Below, piece after piece: positions 27,857 through 37,020 of a DNA stretch of 64,000 nucleotides. The notes below the pieces were generated by a model. The model searched no databases. It saw nothing but the letters and a program-made list of their open reading frames with translations, and was not told the DNA's origin. The DNA is from Patescibacteria group bacterium (GTDB lineage: Bacteria > Patescibacteriota > Patescibacteriia > SG8-24): NCBI GenBank assembly GCA_041667185.1, contig JBAYFM010000009.1, forward strand, positions 351 to 64,350, written 5' to 3'. Position 1 is the first letter of the stretch, and every line of letters starts with the position of its first letter. The position numbers and the translations under genes are program-made.

Positions 27857-30073
27857 TCAGACCTTGGGCAGGGTGAAATAGAATGTCGCCCCCTCGCCGA
27901 CCTTGCCTTCGGCCCAGGCCGTGCCGCCATGCCGCTCGATGATGCGCTTGATATTGGCCAGTCCCACGCCCGTACCCTCAAACTCGTCAATGCTGTGGAG
28001 CCGTTGGAATACGTTGAAGAGCTTATTGACGTCTTTCATGTCAAATCCGACGCCGTTGTCTTTGACGTAATAGGTTATCTTGTCAGTCTCGATCCTACTG
28101 CCGACCTCGATCACCGCTTTTTCCCGCGGCCCGGTGTATTTGATGGCGTTGGAAAGCAGGTTGGTCCAAACCAGACGAAGCGTGGACTTATCGGCCCGGG
28201 AGTCCGGCAATTTCTGGATGTTGCATTCGATCTGGCGGTCCGGAGCGGCCTTTTTCAACTCCTCGAACACCTCTTCGGCCATCGCGCCCATGGCAACGTA
28301 CTCCTTCTTTATTTCCTGCTGTCCCAGGCGAGAAAATGTCAGAAGATCGTCAATCAGCTTTCGCATCTGCGCGGAACTTGCCCGGATGTTCGCGACGATC
28401 TGCTTCCCGTTATCATCGAGCTTCGCCGCGTAATCTTCGAGGAGCATTTGCGCATAACCGTCGATAACCCGCAACGGCGCCCGGAGGTCATGGGAAGCCG
28501 AACCGCTGAACGCCTCCATTTCCTTGCTAGTCGATGCGATCACGTCAATCTTTTCCTTCGCCCGGGTGTTGTCGCGCATGACGCCAGTCACCCCCAAGAC
28601 GTTGCCCTTGTCGTCTTTATACACCGACGCATTGTAAAGGACATCAACAAGGTTGCCGCTTTGCGACCGGATCGTCAGAGGATAGTCGGCGATCGATCCT
28701 TGTTTGAAAACCAGTTCATAACCCTCGCGGGCCTTTTGGGGCTCAGTGAAATAATCGGGGAAATTGGTTCCGACAAGCTTCTCGCGCAACACCCCAGTAG
28801 CCCTGATCGCCGCCTCGTTCATGTCCATTATCTTGCCGTTGGCGCTGACCGTGAACAAAGGGTCGAGGCTGGCCTCGATCAGACTGCGGGCGTACCGCGA
28901 TAATTTTTTAGTTTCGGTCACGTCGCGCGCCGTGGCAAAGATGCCGCGCACCACGCCCAACGCGTCCTTATACACCGAAGCGTTGAACGACACATCAGTG
29001 ATCGTTCCTGAGGCATTGTGTATGGAAAGCGGATAATCTCTCACTTGTCCTTGTTTGAGAACCTTCCGATAACTGTCGCGCGCCTTGCTGGGCTCCGTGA
29101 AGTAGGTGGAAAAATCAGAATCAATAAGCCACTCCCGGGTGACGCCGGTGACCCCTTCGGTGGCCAGATTCACGCCGGTGATCTTTCCATCCGGACTGAT
29201 GATAAAGAGCGGATCAAGACTGGCCTCGATCAGACTGCGGGCGTAGGCGGAAGTCTCATGCAGCTTCTCCTCCACTTTTTTCCGATCGGTGATATCGCGC
29301 AGGGCGGCGATCGCTCCGAAAACATTACCCTTATCATCTTTATAGACGGAGGCGTTGTATAGGACGTCAGTGAGCCGTCCTGAAACATGACGGAGTACCA
29401 GCGGATATTCCCGGATGAATCCTTCCCTGAAGACCTGCTGATGTCCCTGAAGCGCCTCCGCAGGATCAGTGAAATAACTGGCAAAATCGCTCCCGATGAG
29501 TTTTTCCCGGGGTACGCCAGTGATGCTCACTTTCGCCTCATTCACGTCAGTGATCTTCCCATCCGGGCTGACCGTAACCATCGGATCAAGACCCGCCTCG
29601 ATGACGCTGCGGGCGTAAAACAGCGCCTGCTTGGACGCGGTAACGTCGCGAGCGACAGCCGAGACTCCGAGCACGTTTCCTGCTTCATCCTTGTAGACCG
29701 AGGCGTTAAAGAATACGTCGATGACTTTGCCGGTTTTTTGGCGAATGGTGAGCGGATAGTCGATGACGGCTCCTTCTTTAAAGACCAACTGGTATCCTTC
29801 GCGGGCTTTTTCCGCGTCAGTAAAATAACTGAAAAAGTCGGAGCCGATGATCTTTTCACGGACAACGCCGGTCATTTTTACCGTTGCCTCATTAACGTCG
29901 GTGATCTTTCCTTCCGGACTGATGGCCAGCAAAGGATCAAGACTGGCTTCGATCAGGCTGCGGGTGTAGAGCGCGGTTTGACCAGACCCGACGGCCGCGG
30001 CGGCATCACCAACCTTGTCGGCGCCGTTGGGGGAGACTTCTTTCCCGTTCTTTGGATCTTTGATTGTGGCCAT
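27857..30073 (-). CDS. Cytoplasmic sensor histidine kinase with four PAS domains
   Basis: SLIEASLDP-type PAS start four times; SHDLRAPL, NLLSNAIKY, DNGVG, GTGVGL. Confidence 0.92.
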   Translation of the reverse strand: MATIKDPKNGKEVSPNGADKVGDAAAAVGSGQTALYTRSLIEASLDPLLAISPEGKITDVNEATVKMTGVVREKIIGSDFFSYFTDAEKAREGYQLVFKEGAVIDYPLTIRQKTGKVIDVFFNASVYKDEAGNVLGVSAVARDVTASKQALFYARSVIEAGLDPMVTVSPDGKITDVNEAKVSITGVPREKLIGSDFASYFTDPAEALQGHQQVFREGFIREYPLVLRHVSGRLTDVLYNASVYKDDKGNVFGAIAALRDITDRKKVEEKLHETSAYARSLIEASLDPLFIISPDGKITGVNLATEGVTGVTREWLIDSDFSTYFTEPSKARDSYRKVLKQGQVRDYPLSIHNASGTITDVSFNASVYKDALGVVRGIFATARDVTETKKLSRYARSLIEASLDPLFTVSANGKIMDMNEAAIRATGVLREKLVGTNFPDYFTEPQKAREGYELVFKQGSIADYPLTIRSQSGNLVDVLYNASVYKDDKGNVLGVTGVMRDNTRAKEKIDVIASTSKEMEAFSGSASHDLRAPLRVIDGYAQMLLEDYAAKLDDNGKQIVANIRASSAQMRKLIDDLLTFSRLGQQEIKKEYVAMGAMAEEVFEELKKAAPDRQIECNIQKLPDSRADKSTLRLVWTNLLSNAIKYTGPREKAVIEVGSRIETDKITYYVKDNGVGFDMKDVNKLFNVFQRLHSIDEFEGTGVGLANIKRIIERHGGTAWAEGKVGEGATFYFTLPKV

Positions 30074-30306
30074 AGGAACTTTATTGCTATTGAACCGAAT
30101 ATCGGCTAGTTGTCTTGAACGCCGTGGTCGTTGATCTTTTTTCGCTGACAGACACGATGATCAGTCAACAAATCGTCCTCGCGGGCTTAAAGCCCGTGCC
30201 GCCTGACGCAAAATCATCCTAAAAAGAACCGATTGTATAATTATACAACAAAATGAGCCTTTAAGACACTTGGTTCGAAAAATATTTTTTTAGGGGGGCG
30301 AGTCGC

Positions 30307-30325
30307 GGTAGTCCCATGGGGATTC
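30307..30325. repeat. 19-bp direct copy of the tRNA-Glu 3' end (att-like)
   Basis: GGTAGTCCCATGGGGATTC identical to 30572-30590. Confidence 0.8.
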
Positions 30326-30570
30326 CTGCTCCCCTGGCGGCGCTGGAAAAGTTCTCATGTGCGCCGCCTCCTCCGGTTTTGCTCGCGTATAATTTGTGAT
30401 CGCTCGCAAAACCCCGGGCGGCCCTTGCCGCCCATGCGGCGCTCGCTAGTTCGCGCCACACCCCGGGTCATCCGCAACGTGCCATACTAGGCACGTTGCG
30501 TCTGTACCCTTCGAATCCCCACGGGAACCCTGACCAACAAAAACGCCCCTCATGTGAGGGGCGCTTTTGT

Positions 30571-30648
30571 TGGTAGTCCCATGGGGATTCGAACCCCAGT
30601 TTTCTCCGTGAGAGGGAGACGTCCTGGACCGGGCTAGACGATGGGACC
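30571..30648 (-). tRNA. tRNA-Glu(CTC)
   Basis: GGTCCCATCGTCTAG...TCTCC-CTCTCAC-GGAGA...GGTTCGAATCC...GGGACTACCA; encoded CCA. Confidence 0.95.
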
Positions 30649-30761
30649 GCGTCTTTTGCGAGATAAAAAGTAGCACGAACCGCTTTTTTTGTCGAGTCCC
30701 CCGATCCGGATACGCCGCACATTCCGCTCCGCATGAACCCCCTCAGCTCCTGGCCCGGGAC

Positions 30762-31020
30762 TTCTGATATTCTGACCGCTTTCGTTCGCCGCAGCCTATC
30801 CCCCTACGCTAAAGCTTCCCCCTCCGCCCCACCTTCGCTGAAGCTGCGGCGGGCCTGCCCAAAAACTGTTTCGGTGCGTGTCTACAAAAACTGGGCAGCT
30901 GTCAGACCCTTCATAGCTTTAGCGAAGAAGGGTGAAGCTGCGGGGGACAAGTCGGGGGATTCGCTGGTCTTAATATCCCGAGCTGACGCTCGGGATTGAA
31001 TTAAGGTGGCGAAAAAAACG
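30762..31020. repeat. Composite intergenic element, copy A
   Basis: Conserved ends shared with 61887-62075 and 53992-54115; nested CGCTRAAGCT hairpins. Confidence 0.75.
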
Positions 31021-31058
31021 AGCGCGATGGCGCTCGTTTATCGAAGAGAATTCCGCCG

Positions 31059-31460
31059 TCAAGCCTGCGGCAGGCGACGTCCGCCGGTCATATAAATCAC
31101 GGAGGCGTAACAAAAGTAACCATCGACGACCACCAACACCTCGGCTTCGCCGTAGATCCGGGTGCGGAGACCTCGGCAGATATCGGGTTCGTATTTTTCA
31201 AAGATCTGCCCGATGGAAGCGAAGAAATCGTCCTTGCCGACGGCGAAACCTTGTGGCAACGGTCCGGCGGCGGCTTTTGCCTCCAGGCCGAACATGACGG
31301 CCGTCACCTTCTGACTGTCAGCGTCTTCAGCCGGAATGACGAAGATGAGATCCTCGGGAGACCGGCCTTCCTCAATGGTCTGTCCGATCAGACCGCTGAT
31401 GATCCTGCGCGATCGCTCGGTAAAAGCAACTAGTTTGTCTTGAAGATTGGCAGGAATCAC
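31059..31460 (-). CDS. Hypothetical protein
   Basis: GTG start with SD AAGGAGG, own promoter and terminator. Confidence 0.7.
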   Translation of the reverse strand: MIPANLQDKLVAFTERSRRIISGLIGQTIEEGRSPEDLIFVIPAEDADSQKVTAVMFGLEAKAAAGPLPQGFAVGKDDFFASIGQIFEKYEPDICRGLRTRIYGEAEVLVVVDGYFCYASVIYMTGGRRLPQA

Positions 31461-31666
31461 GATTCGCCTCCTTTTTCTGCAAAGAACCGCCCGTCTATCG
31501 GGCCGAGGGCCACGTTAGCACCACGCGGGCTTTTTGCAATAGCGAGGCGCCAAGCCGCCGAAACACCGCCTCAACTTTGACGCTGGCCGATCATACTGTT
31601 AGTTTGAAGCGTCAACTGACCCCGAACATCCGGGCCAGACGCGCCCTTTGCCAAAGGAGCTTTCCC

Positions 31667-32242
31667 ATGAAGGAAACTCTGTCCGTCATATCCGGCCTGA
31701 TGTTCTTCGCCGCTTCCGTCCCCTACATCCGCGCGATCCTCAAAGGTCGGACCAAACCCTCCAAAGCCTCGTGGCTGATCTGGGCCGGCCTCGATTCGAT
31801 CGTCCTCGTCGGCATGATCGCGCAGCACACGCTGAACGGACAGATCATCGGCGCCGTTCTCGTGTCCTGGATGACGGCGCTCCTCGCCCTGAAGTACGGC
31901 CAGACGGGCTGGACGACGCTCGACAAGCTATGTCTCGGCGGCGCCGTTCTCGGACTCGCGCTCTGGCAGACGTTCAGCAATCCCCTTCTCGGACTCGCCG
32001 CGAGCCTGGCCATGATCTTCATCGGCGCCATTCCGACGTTCGTGTCGGCGTGGCGCGATCCGAACGGCGAGGATCGCTCGACCTGGATGCTCTTCTGGCT
32101 GTCGTGCGTGGCGGCGCTGTTCGCGATTCCTGATTGGACGCTGGCCGACGCCGCCCAGCCGATCATCTTCACCATGATCGACACGACCATGGTGTACCTC
32201 CTGTTCGTCCGCCCCTGTCTCCGACCGGCCAATCAGCGATAA
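31667..32242 (+). CDS. Multi-pass membrane protein (PQ-loop/SemiSWEET-like duplication)
   Basis: PYIRAILKGRTKPxxxSW and IPTFxxAWRDPxxExxxxW halves; SD AAAGGAG. Confidence 0.7.
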   Translation: MKETLSVISGLMFFAASVPYIRAILKGRTKPSKASWLIWAGLDSIVLVGMIAQHTLNGQIIGAVLVSWMTALLALKYGQTGWTTLDKLCLGGAVLGLALWQTFSNPLLGLAASLAMIFIGAIPTFVSAWRDPNGEDRSTWMLFWLSCVAALFAIPDWTLADAAQPIIFTMIDTTMVYLLFVRPCLRPANQR

Positions 32243-32319
32243 CTCGCGCACCCGCGCGGCCAAGAGTGCACTCGCTCAGACCTCGCCGGGTGCGCTCTTT
32301 TTTCTGCGGAGCCCCGCCA

Positions 32320-32372
32320 TTGACAGCTGTGCTGCGGTTGCCTAAGGTTGCCCCAACAACGCTCTTTCCAAA
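32320..32372 (+). promoter_or_regulatory. Sigma70-like promoter plus boxA-like motif
   Basis: TTGACA-N17-TAAGGT then CGCTCTTTCCAAA. Confidence 0.7.
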
Positions 32373-32382
32373 GGAAAATCCG

Positions 32383-32976
32383 ATGAAAGATCCGCTCATA
32401 CACGGCAACTCCAAAATGGGCCGGCGGGTGGCTATCTTCAACCTGCCACCGCTCGCCACTTGCGCTCCGACCGCTTGGTGCCGCCAGGGCAAGAACGGCC
32501 AGCCGGCCTGTTACGCCCTGCGCAACAATTTCCTTCTGCCGAACGTGTTGCGCGGCGCCCGGGAGCGGCTAGACTTCAGCCGCACCGACGGCTTCGTCGA
32601 CGCCATGATCACGGCCATCAAGAAGGCCCGCGTCAGATTCTTCCGCTTCCACTCGAGCGGCGACTTCTACTCGGCGGAGTACGTCCGAAAAGTCCTGGCC
32701 ATCGCCAGGGCGTGTCCGGAAACGCTCTTTCGGACCACCACTCGCCGCCGGGAATTCCGGGCCGAGCTGCAGCAGCTGAACAGCCTGCCGAATTTCATCG
32801 TCCGAGAAAGCCTGGATCCCGACCGGCCGGACCCGGTACTGGACTTGCCTTTCGCGGCCCTGGACAGCCTGCCCATCGCCGCCGCGCCCGGCACGATCCG
32901 CTGCCCGAACGATTGCGTCCAGTGCGGCTATTCCTGCTGGAAGCAACGCGACAACATGAGCCTGAAAGAACGCTGA
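32383..32976 (+). CDS. Gene product 88 (GP88)-like Cys-rich protein
   Basis: GNSKM, FNLPPxxTC, CYA, FRFHSSGDFYS, C-terminal CPxxCxxCxxxC. Confidence 0.75.
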   Translation: MKDPLIHGNSKMGRRVAIFNLPPLATCAPTAWCRQGKNGQPACYALRNNFLLPNVLRGARERLDFSRTDGFVDAMITAIKKARVRFFRFHSSGDFYSAEYVRKVLAIARACPETLFRTTTRRREFRAELQQLNSLPNFIVRESLDPDRPDPVLDLPFAALDSLPIAAAPGTIRCPNDCVQCGYSCWKQRDNMSLKER

Positions 32977-33069
32977 ACCTCGTTCCCGGCCGGACCGCCG
33001 GGAATTTTTTTATAGGAGCAAACCAAAACGACCCTTTTTCCAGAGTCGTTTTTTAACTGCGCCAGACTG

Positions 33070-33696
33070 TTACATCTCATCCGTGACTTCGGTCCACTCG
33101 AACACGTGCATATCCGCTCTTTCCCGGGTCGGATAATAAAACTCCGCCGGACCGCCGGAAGCTCTGGACCGCGGATCAAGAATATTCTTGTAGCTCCAAA
33201 AATAATCCCACCAATCGTCACCCAGAATCTCTCCCGAACTACCCCTCAGAAGCGCGGTCTCCTCGGTCACCTCGATGGCCCAAGCCTCTTGTGCGCCGGT
33301 CCAGACATAGACCCATCCGTGCCGCGCGACGTCGTCCGCGATCACCGAGGTGTCATACCCTTTCTCCTCCTGAAGATACCTGGCGAGCAGCTTGGACATG
33401 TCGGAACAGTCGAAAACATACTTCTCGTATTTCCGGTCGTAGTGAAACGCGTTCAAGACGCGTTGTAATTCCTTGGTATCGATATTCCGGTTGTAAGGCT
33501 TTTCCCGATCCGGGCTCGCAAAGATCACCGCGCGGGGCTGGCCGTGAAAAAAGGGTTGGGGAAACTTGATTCCAAGCATTGCGCCCGCAGCAGCCGAAAG
33601 CACCAAATAAGCCAGCGTCAGCAGGATCACGATCTGGACCGGATGGGCTTTGGCCGCTTCTTTTTCCGCTGGGGCCTTTTTCGATTCTTCGCTCAT
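33070..33696 (-). CDS. Membrane-anchored protein, possible transglutaminase-like Cys-His-Glu fold
   Basis: FDCSDMS...HGWV...AIE spacing; N-terminal TM. Confidence 0.55.
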   Translation of the reverse strand: MSEESKKAPAEKEAAKAHPVQIVILLTLAYLVLSAAAGAMLGIKFPQPFFHGQPRAVIFASPDREKPYNRNIDTKELQRVLNAFHYDRKYEKYVFDCSDMSKLLARYLQEEKGYDTSVIADDVARHGWVYVWTGAQEAWAIEVTEETALLRGSSGEILGDDWWDYFWSYKNILDPRSRASGGPAEFYYPTRERADMHVFEWTEVTDEM

Positions 33697-33801
33697 ATTG
33701 AGATAAATATAACACGATATTGGTTTTGCCGCGCAAGTGTAGTATATTTTCAAGTAATTGCCGGCCGCTACTGGCCGGTCTAAGCCTAGCGCGCTCTCCC
33801 T

Positions 33802-34578
33802 ATGGACGAGATCAAGACGCAACAAACCACGCCGTCGGAAGAAAAAAAACGCCGCCCGATCTGGCCGGTCTTTTTGATCATCGCGGTCGCAGCGGCGATC
33901 GGGATCGCCTGGGAATTGACCGACGACAGCAGATCAGGGGCGATCCAAGAACCAGCGGCCGCGCAGGACCAGGCGGCATCTGCGATCTCCGACGCCATTG
34001 AGCAGCCCCCGGCACAGCCGGCCTCCCGACCCGAACCGGCAGCTCAGCCGCCGGCAGCGCCCGGCCCCGACCTGGCGAACTGGGTCGGCTTCGCCGACGA
34101 AACGACCGGCTATCAGATCATGTATCCCCCGTCCGACGCGCAGCCGGTCTCTAATCCGGAGGTCGGCATCATTGACCTGCAGCCGGCGATCGGCGACAAG
34201 CAGCGGACCCTCAAGATCGAAGTCCTCCCCAGAACGGACGCGCGCGCCGACGACGACGGCTGCGTTGACCGGTCGCTCAGCGCGGACAAGCCGATCTTCG
34301 AGACCATCAACGGTTTCGATTATTGCCTGGTCGCGTACAACGAAGGAGCCGCCGGCAGCACTTACCGATCCTATGTCTTCACGACCGTTCACGAACCGCG
34401 GGAACTGGTGGTTTTCACTTTCACCATCCGCTATCCGACCAGCGTCCGGATCTACGCCGGCTGCGAGAGTGACGCGGACCAAGCCAAGCCGTTCTGCGTC
34501 GAACATGCTTTCGACGAAACCCGCGACACCGCGCTCTTCCGCCATATCCTCGGCACGCTTTTCCATCTGCAGAAATGA
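33802..34578 (+). CDS. Membrane-anchored exported protein (PsbP-like fold possible)
   Basis: TM, Pro/Ala linker, W..F.D...GY.I.YP, EGAAGSTY. Confidence 0.7.
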   Translation: MDEIKTQQTTPSEEKKRRPIWPVFLIIAVAAAIGIAWELTDDSRSGAIQEPAAAQDQAASAISDAIEQPPAQPASRPEPAAQPPAAPGPDLANWVGFADETTGYQIMYPPSDAQPVSNPEVGIIDLQPAIGDKQRTLKIEVLPRTDARADDDGCVDRSLSADKPIFETINGFDYCLVAYNEGAAGSTYRSYVFTTVHEPRELVVFTFTIRYPTSVRIYAGCESDADQAKPFCVEHAFDETRDTALFRHILGTLFHLQK

Positions 34579-34689
34579 TCCTCCAGCTACCCGCCACCAG
34601 CGATCAAATTAGACAACCGCCGCCGAATCCGGCAAAATATCAACAGTCGCGTGGCTACAGACCCTAATAGAAAATTCTTAAATCCCCCT

Positions 34690-34752
34690 ATGGCCAAAGG
34701 CAATAATTCCCAGCGGAAAGAAAAGAAGAAACCCAAGAAAGACAAGAAATAA
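34690..34752 (+). CDS. Putative 20-aa lysine-rich peptide
   Basis: MAKGNNSQRKEKKKPKKDKK; upstream TAGACA-N17-CAAAAT. Confidence 0.4.
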   Translation: MAKGNNSQRKEKKKPKKDKK

Positions 34753-34834
34753 TTTCCAGCCGTCAGCTGGCAAAAACCGAGCGGAAATCAAAACGACCCC
34801 CGATCAAGGGGTCGTTTTCGCTAGGCGCTGAATG

Positions 34835-35224
34835 TTATGCCTGGTCCTGAGGGCGCGCGTCCGGATGATCGCTGACCCGTTTTGCGTTCTTCTCCTCGGT
34901 CTTGGCGACCAGTTTCTCGAGCGGATTCTCTTCGTTGCCGCCCAGAGCCTCGATCGCGGCATCGAGTTCGCCTTCGTCGGCTTTAGCCAACACGCCCTTA
35001 GTAGCCTCGACATGGCGCTTGCCGTGTTCAAGCATCTCGACCGCGGACTGGAGTTCAGCCTCGCTAGCATCAGCCAACGGACCTTCGCCGGAAGCAGCCG
35101 TCTTCCACTGTTGGTCTTTGGGTGCGATACCCTTGGCCACGATATCAACCTCTTTGTCGCTAGCCTCGGCCAGCGGACCTTCGCCCGTCTCCAACGGGAC
35201 CCAGCCTTTTTCTTCAAAGCTCAT
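34835..35224 (-). CDS. Acidic hypothetical protein with three GxLAxAxxxE repeats
   Basis: GEGPLAEASDKE, GEGPLADASEAE, KGVLAKADEGE; downstream hairpin. Confidence 0.65.
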   Translation of the reverse strand: MSFEEKGWVPLETGEGPLAEASDKEVDIVAKGIAPKDQQWKTAASGEGPLADASEAELQSAVEMLEHGKRHVEATKGVLAKADEGELDAAIEALGGNEENPLEKLVAKTEEKNAKRVSDHPDARPQDQA

Positions 35225-35287
35225 AATTTTGCGGTTAATTCACGCTAACTATTGAAAATATAGCATAAAATGGGCGTTTTGTCAACG

Positions 35288-35415
35288 CGAGGGAGTGTGG
35301 GAGTGCAGGAGAGACGGAGTGAGGGAGTGCTGGAGAGACGGAGTGAGGGAGTGCTGGAGTGCTGGAGTCAAAAAAAATATCGATTGACTCCGTCTCTCCC
35401 ACACTCCGTTTCTCC
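35288..35415. repeat. Octamer inverted array containing the empty CTCCG site at 35388-35392
   Basis: AAAAATATCGATTGACTCCGTCTCTCC, matching 50199-50254 without the palindrome. Confidence 0.85.
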
Positions 35416-35440
35416 AAAAAAAAGACGCCGCTAAGGGCGT

Positions 35441-35929
35441 CTAGTTCGGCCGCTCGATGGACCGAACTTTCTTGCCGGACTCACGATGGAGCCGGATCGC
35501 TTCGACCAGGATAATGGCGCAGCGCTGGGCGAATTCCCGTTCGCGGGGCTCGGAATACTTCTTCCAGATCCGCGTGAAACGGAGATGAACGTTTTCCAGT
35601 CCGGGATCGGCGAGATGTGACTTCGCCATGGAGAAGAGCTGCTGGAATGGGCAGACATAGAAGCGTTCGATCGCTTCCGGATCCGCCTGGCCAAAAGTCT
35701 CTGGCAGGACGGCGAGGAACTCCGCGAGGATGTTCTTGCGCCGGGCTTGGACCGCCGGGTCGGCATCATGACAAAGCTTTTCGAGCTCGGTCACGATGAG
35801 ATACTGAGCCGTAACGTCGGCGATCTGCCGTCCCGCGCACGCGAGGATCGCGTTGAGCCTCTCCAGAGACTCGTCGGCGCCGGTTCGGACGATGGACGTC
35901 TTCAACTGACGCATTTCAGTATTTTCCAT
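35441..35929 (-). CDS. Hypothetical helical protein
   Basis: ORF with SD AAAGGA and own promoter. Confidence 0.65.
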   Translation of the reverse strand: MENTEMRQLKTSIVRTGADESLERLNAILACAGRQIADVTAQYLIVTELEKLCHDADPAVQARRKNILAEFLAVLPETFGQADPEAIERFYVCPFQQLFSMAKSHLADPGLENVHLRFTRIWKKYSEPREREFAQRCAIILVEAIRLHRESGKKVRSIERPN

Positions 35930-35975
35930 GATAGGCATCCTTTGTGAGACGCCCATCATGGGGCGCCGGGGTCTG

Positions 35976-36020
35976 TTGTAAAGAACAACGGACCGTAGCA
36001 AAGATCCGCCCATAAGTCAA
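35976..36020 (-). promoter_or_regulatory. Sigma70-like promoter plus boxA-like motif
   Basis: TTGACT-N17-TACGGT then TGTTCTTTACAA. Confidence 0.65.
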
Positions 36021-36080
36021 GATGCGGTCTGGCCAAACAAAAAGCCGCCGAGCGGGGCTCGACGGCTTCTCTTTCTGGTC

Positions 36081-36584
36081 TTATTCCGCGTCCTTCTTGT
36101 CGGACTTTGCCTTCTTTTCTTTCTTCTCTTTCTTGACCGGCTCCTTTACTGACTCTTCCTTCTTATCCGACTTCTCCCCGGTCCGTTCCATGGACTCGAG
36201 CTTGATCAGGATGCGTTCGATCTTGGCGTCGAGAGCCACGATCCGCTCTTCGGTCTTGCGGCAACAATCGCCGCCGCCGACGGCCGGCCGACGCTCGCTG
36301 AAATTAGGACGATCATGGCCGCCTTCGAAACGGTCGCGCTGGCCGCCGCCCTGCTTCTGGAAGCACTCCCGACAGTAGGTCGGTTTGCTGCCGTTCGGCC
36401 GGAACGGGACCTCGCACTGCTGGCCGCAAGCCGCACAGGTGGTCTCGAACATCCGCGGCGGACCGAAGCTGCCGCCACCACCGCCAAAACGGTCATCGCG
36501 GCCGCCGCGCGGCTTGAAACCGCCGCTACCGCCGCCGAAACCGCCGCCGCGCCTGCCTCCGAAATTATCATCGCGCTTGAACAT
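36081..36584 (-). CDS. CxxC-x17-CxxC domain protein with Gly/Arg-rich N-terminus
   Basis: MFETTCAACGQQCEVPFRPNGSKPTYCRECF. Confidence 0.9.
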   Translation of the reverse strand: MFKRDDNFGGRRGGGFGGGSGGFKPRGGRDDRFGGGGGSFGPPRMFETTCAACGQQCEVPFRPNGSKPTYCRECFQKQGGGQRDRFEGGHDRPNFSERRPAVGGGDCCRKTEERIVALDAKIERILIKLESMERTGEKSDKKEESVKEPVKKEKKEKKAKSDKKDAE

Positions 36585-36857
36585 ATCGTTTGAGCCTTAG
36601 CTGATCCTTAAATTGGAATCGTCGAAGCATACACCAAAAAACGATTTTTGGCAAGGGTGTGCGCTCGAAAATGCCGCCTCCGGGCAGTTCGACCTGCGAA
36701 TCACGCCAGCGTTCCCCGTCTGCCGGCAGGTAGACGACTCGGGTTAATCCTTCCAGAAACCTGACTCATTACTCAACAGATCAGCCGGCGACTGCTGACG
36801 ATCAATAGCTATTGGCTGATCAGATTGATATAATTATGAATGAAACGACGCTTACCT

Positions 36858-37019
36858 ATGGACCACCTATCCGAAACCCGGCAGAACGACCGGGACGAGC
36901 AGCCTCGCGCCAGCCTCAGCGATCGCCGTCGCGCCAGACTGGACCGTCTCGGTGATCGCCTGGCTATGGCTAAAGCCCGGCTCCGGACCATGTCGGTCTG
37001 GTCGGCCAAAGAGAAATGA
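36858..37019 (+). CDS. Putative 53-aa basic protein (not in ORF track)
   Basis: MDHLSETRQ...VWSAKEK; ends 1 nt before the next ATG; TATAAT upstream. Confidence 0.45.
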   Translation: MDHLSETRQNDRDEQPRASLSDRRRARLDRLGDRLAMAKARLRTMSVWSAKEK

Positions 37020-37020
37020 T

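Noticed and set aside
31059-33000. Prophage next to tRNA-Glu
   Set aside because: Only one phage-type gene; no integrase, structural or packaging genes
36735-36775. SRP RNA
   Set aside because: Only partial motif similarity; the AGCAG half of the conserved loop is missing, so it is kept only as a candidate
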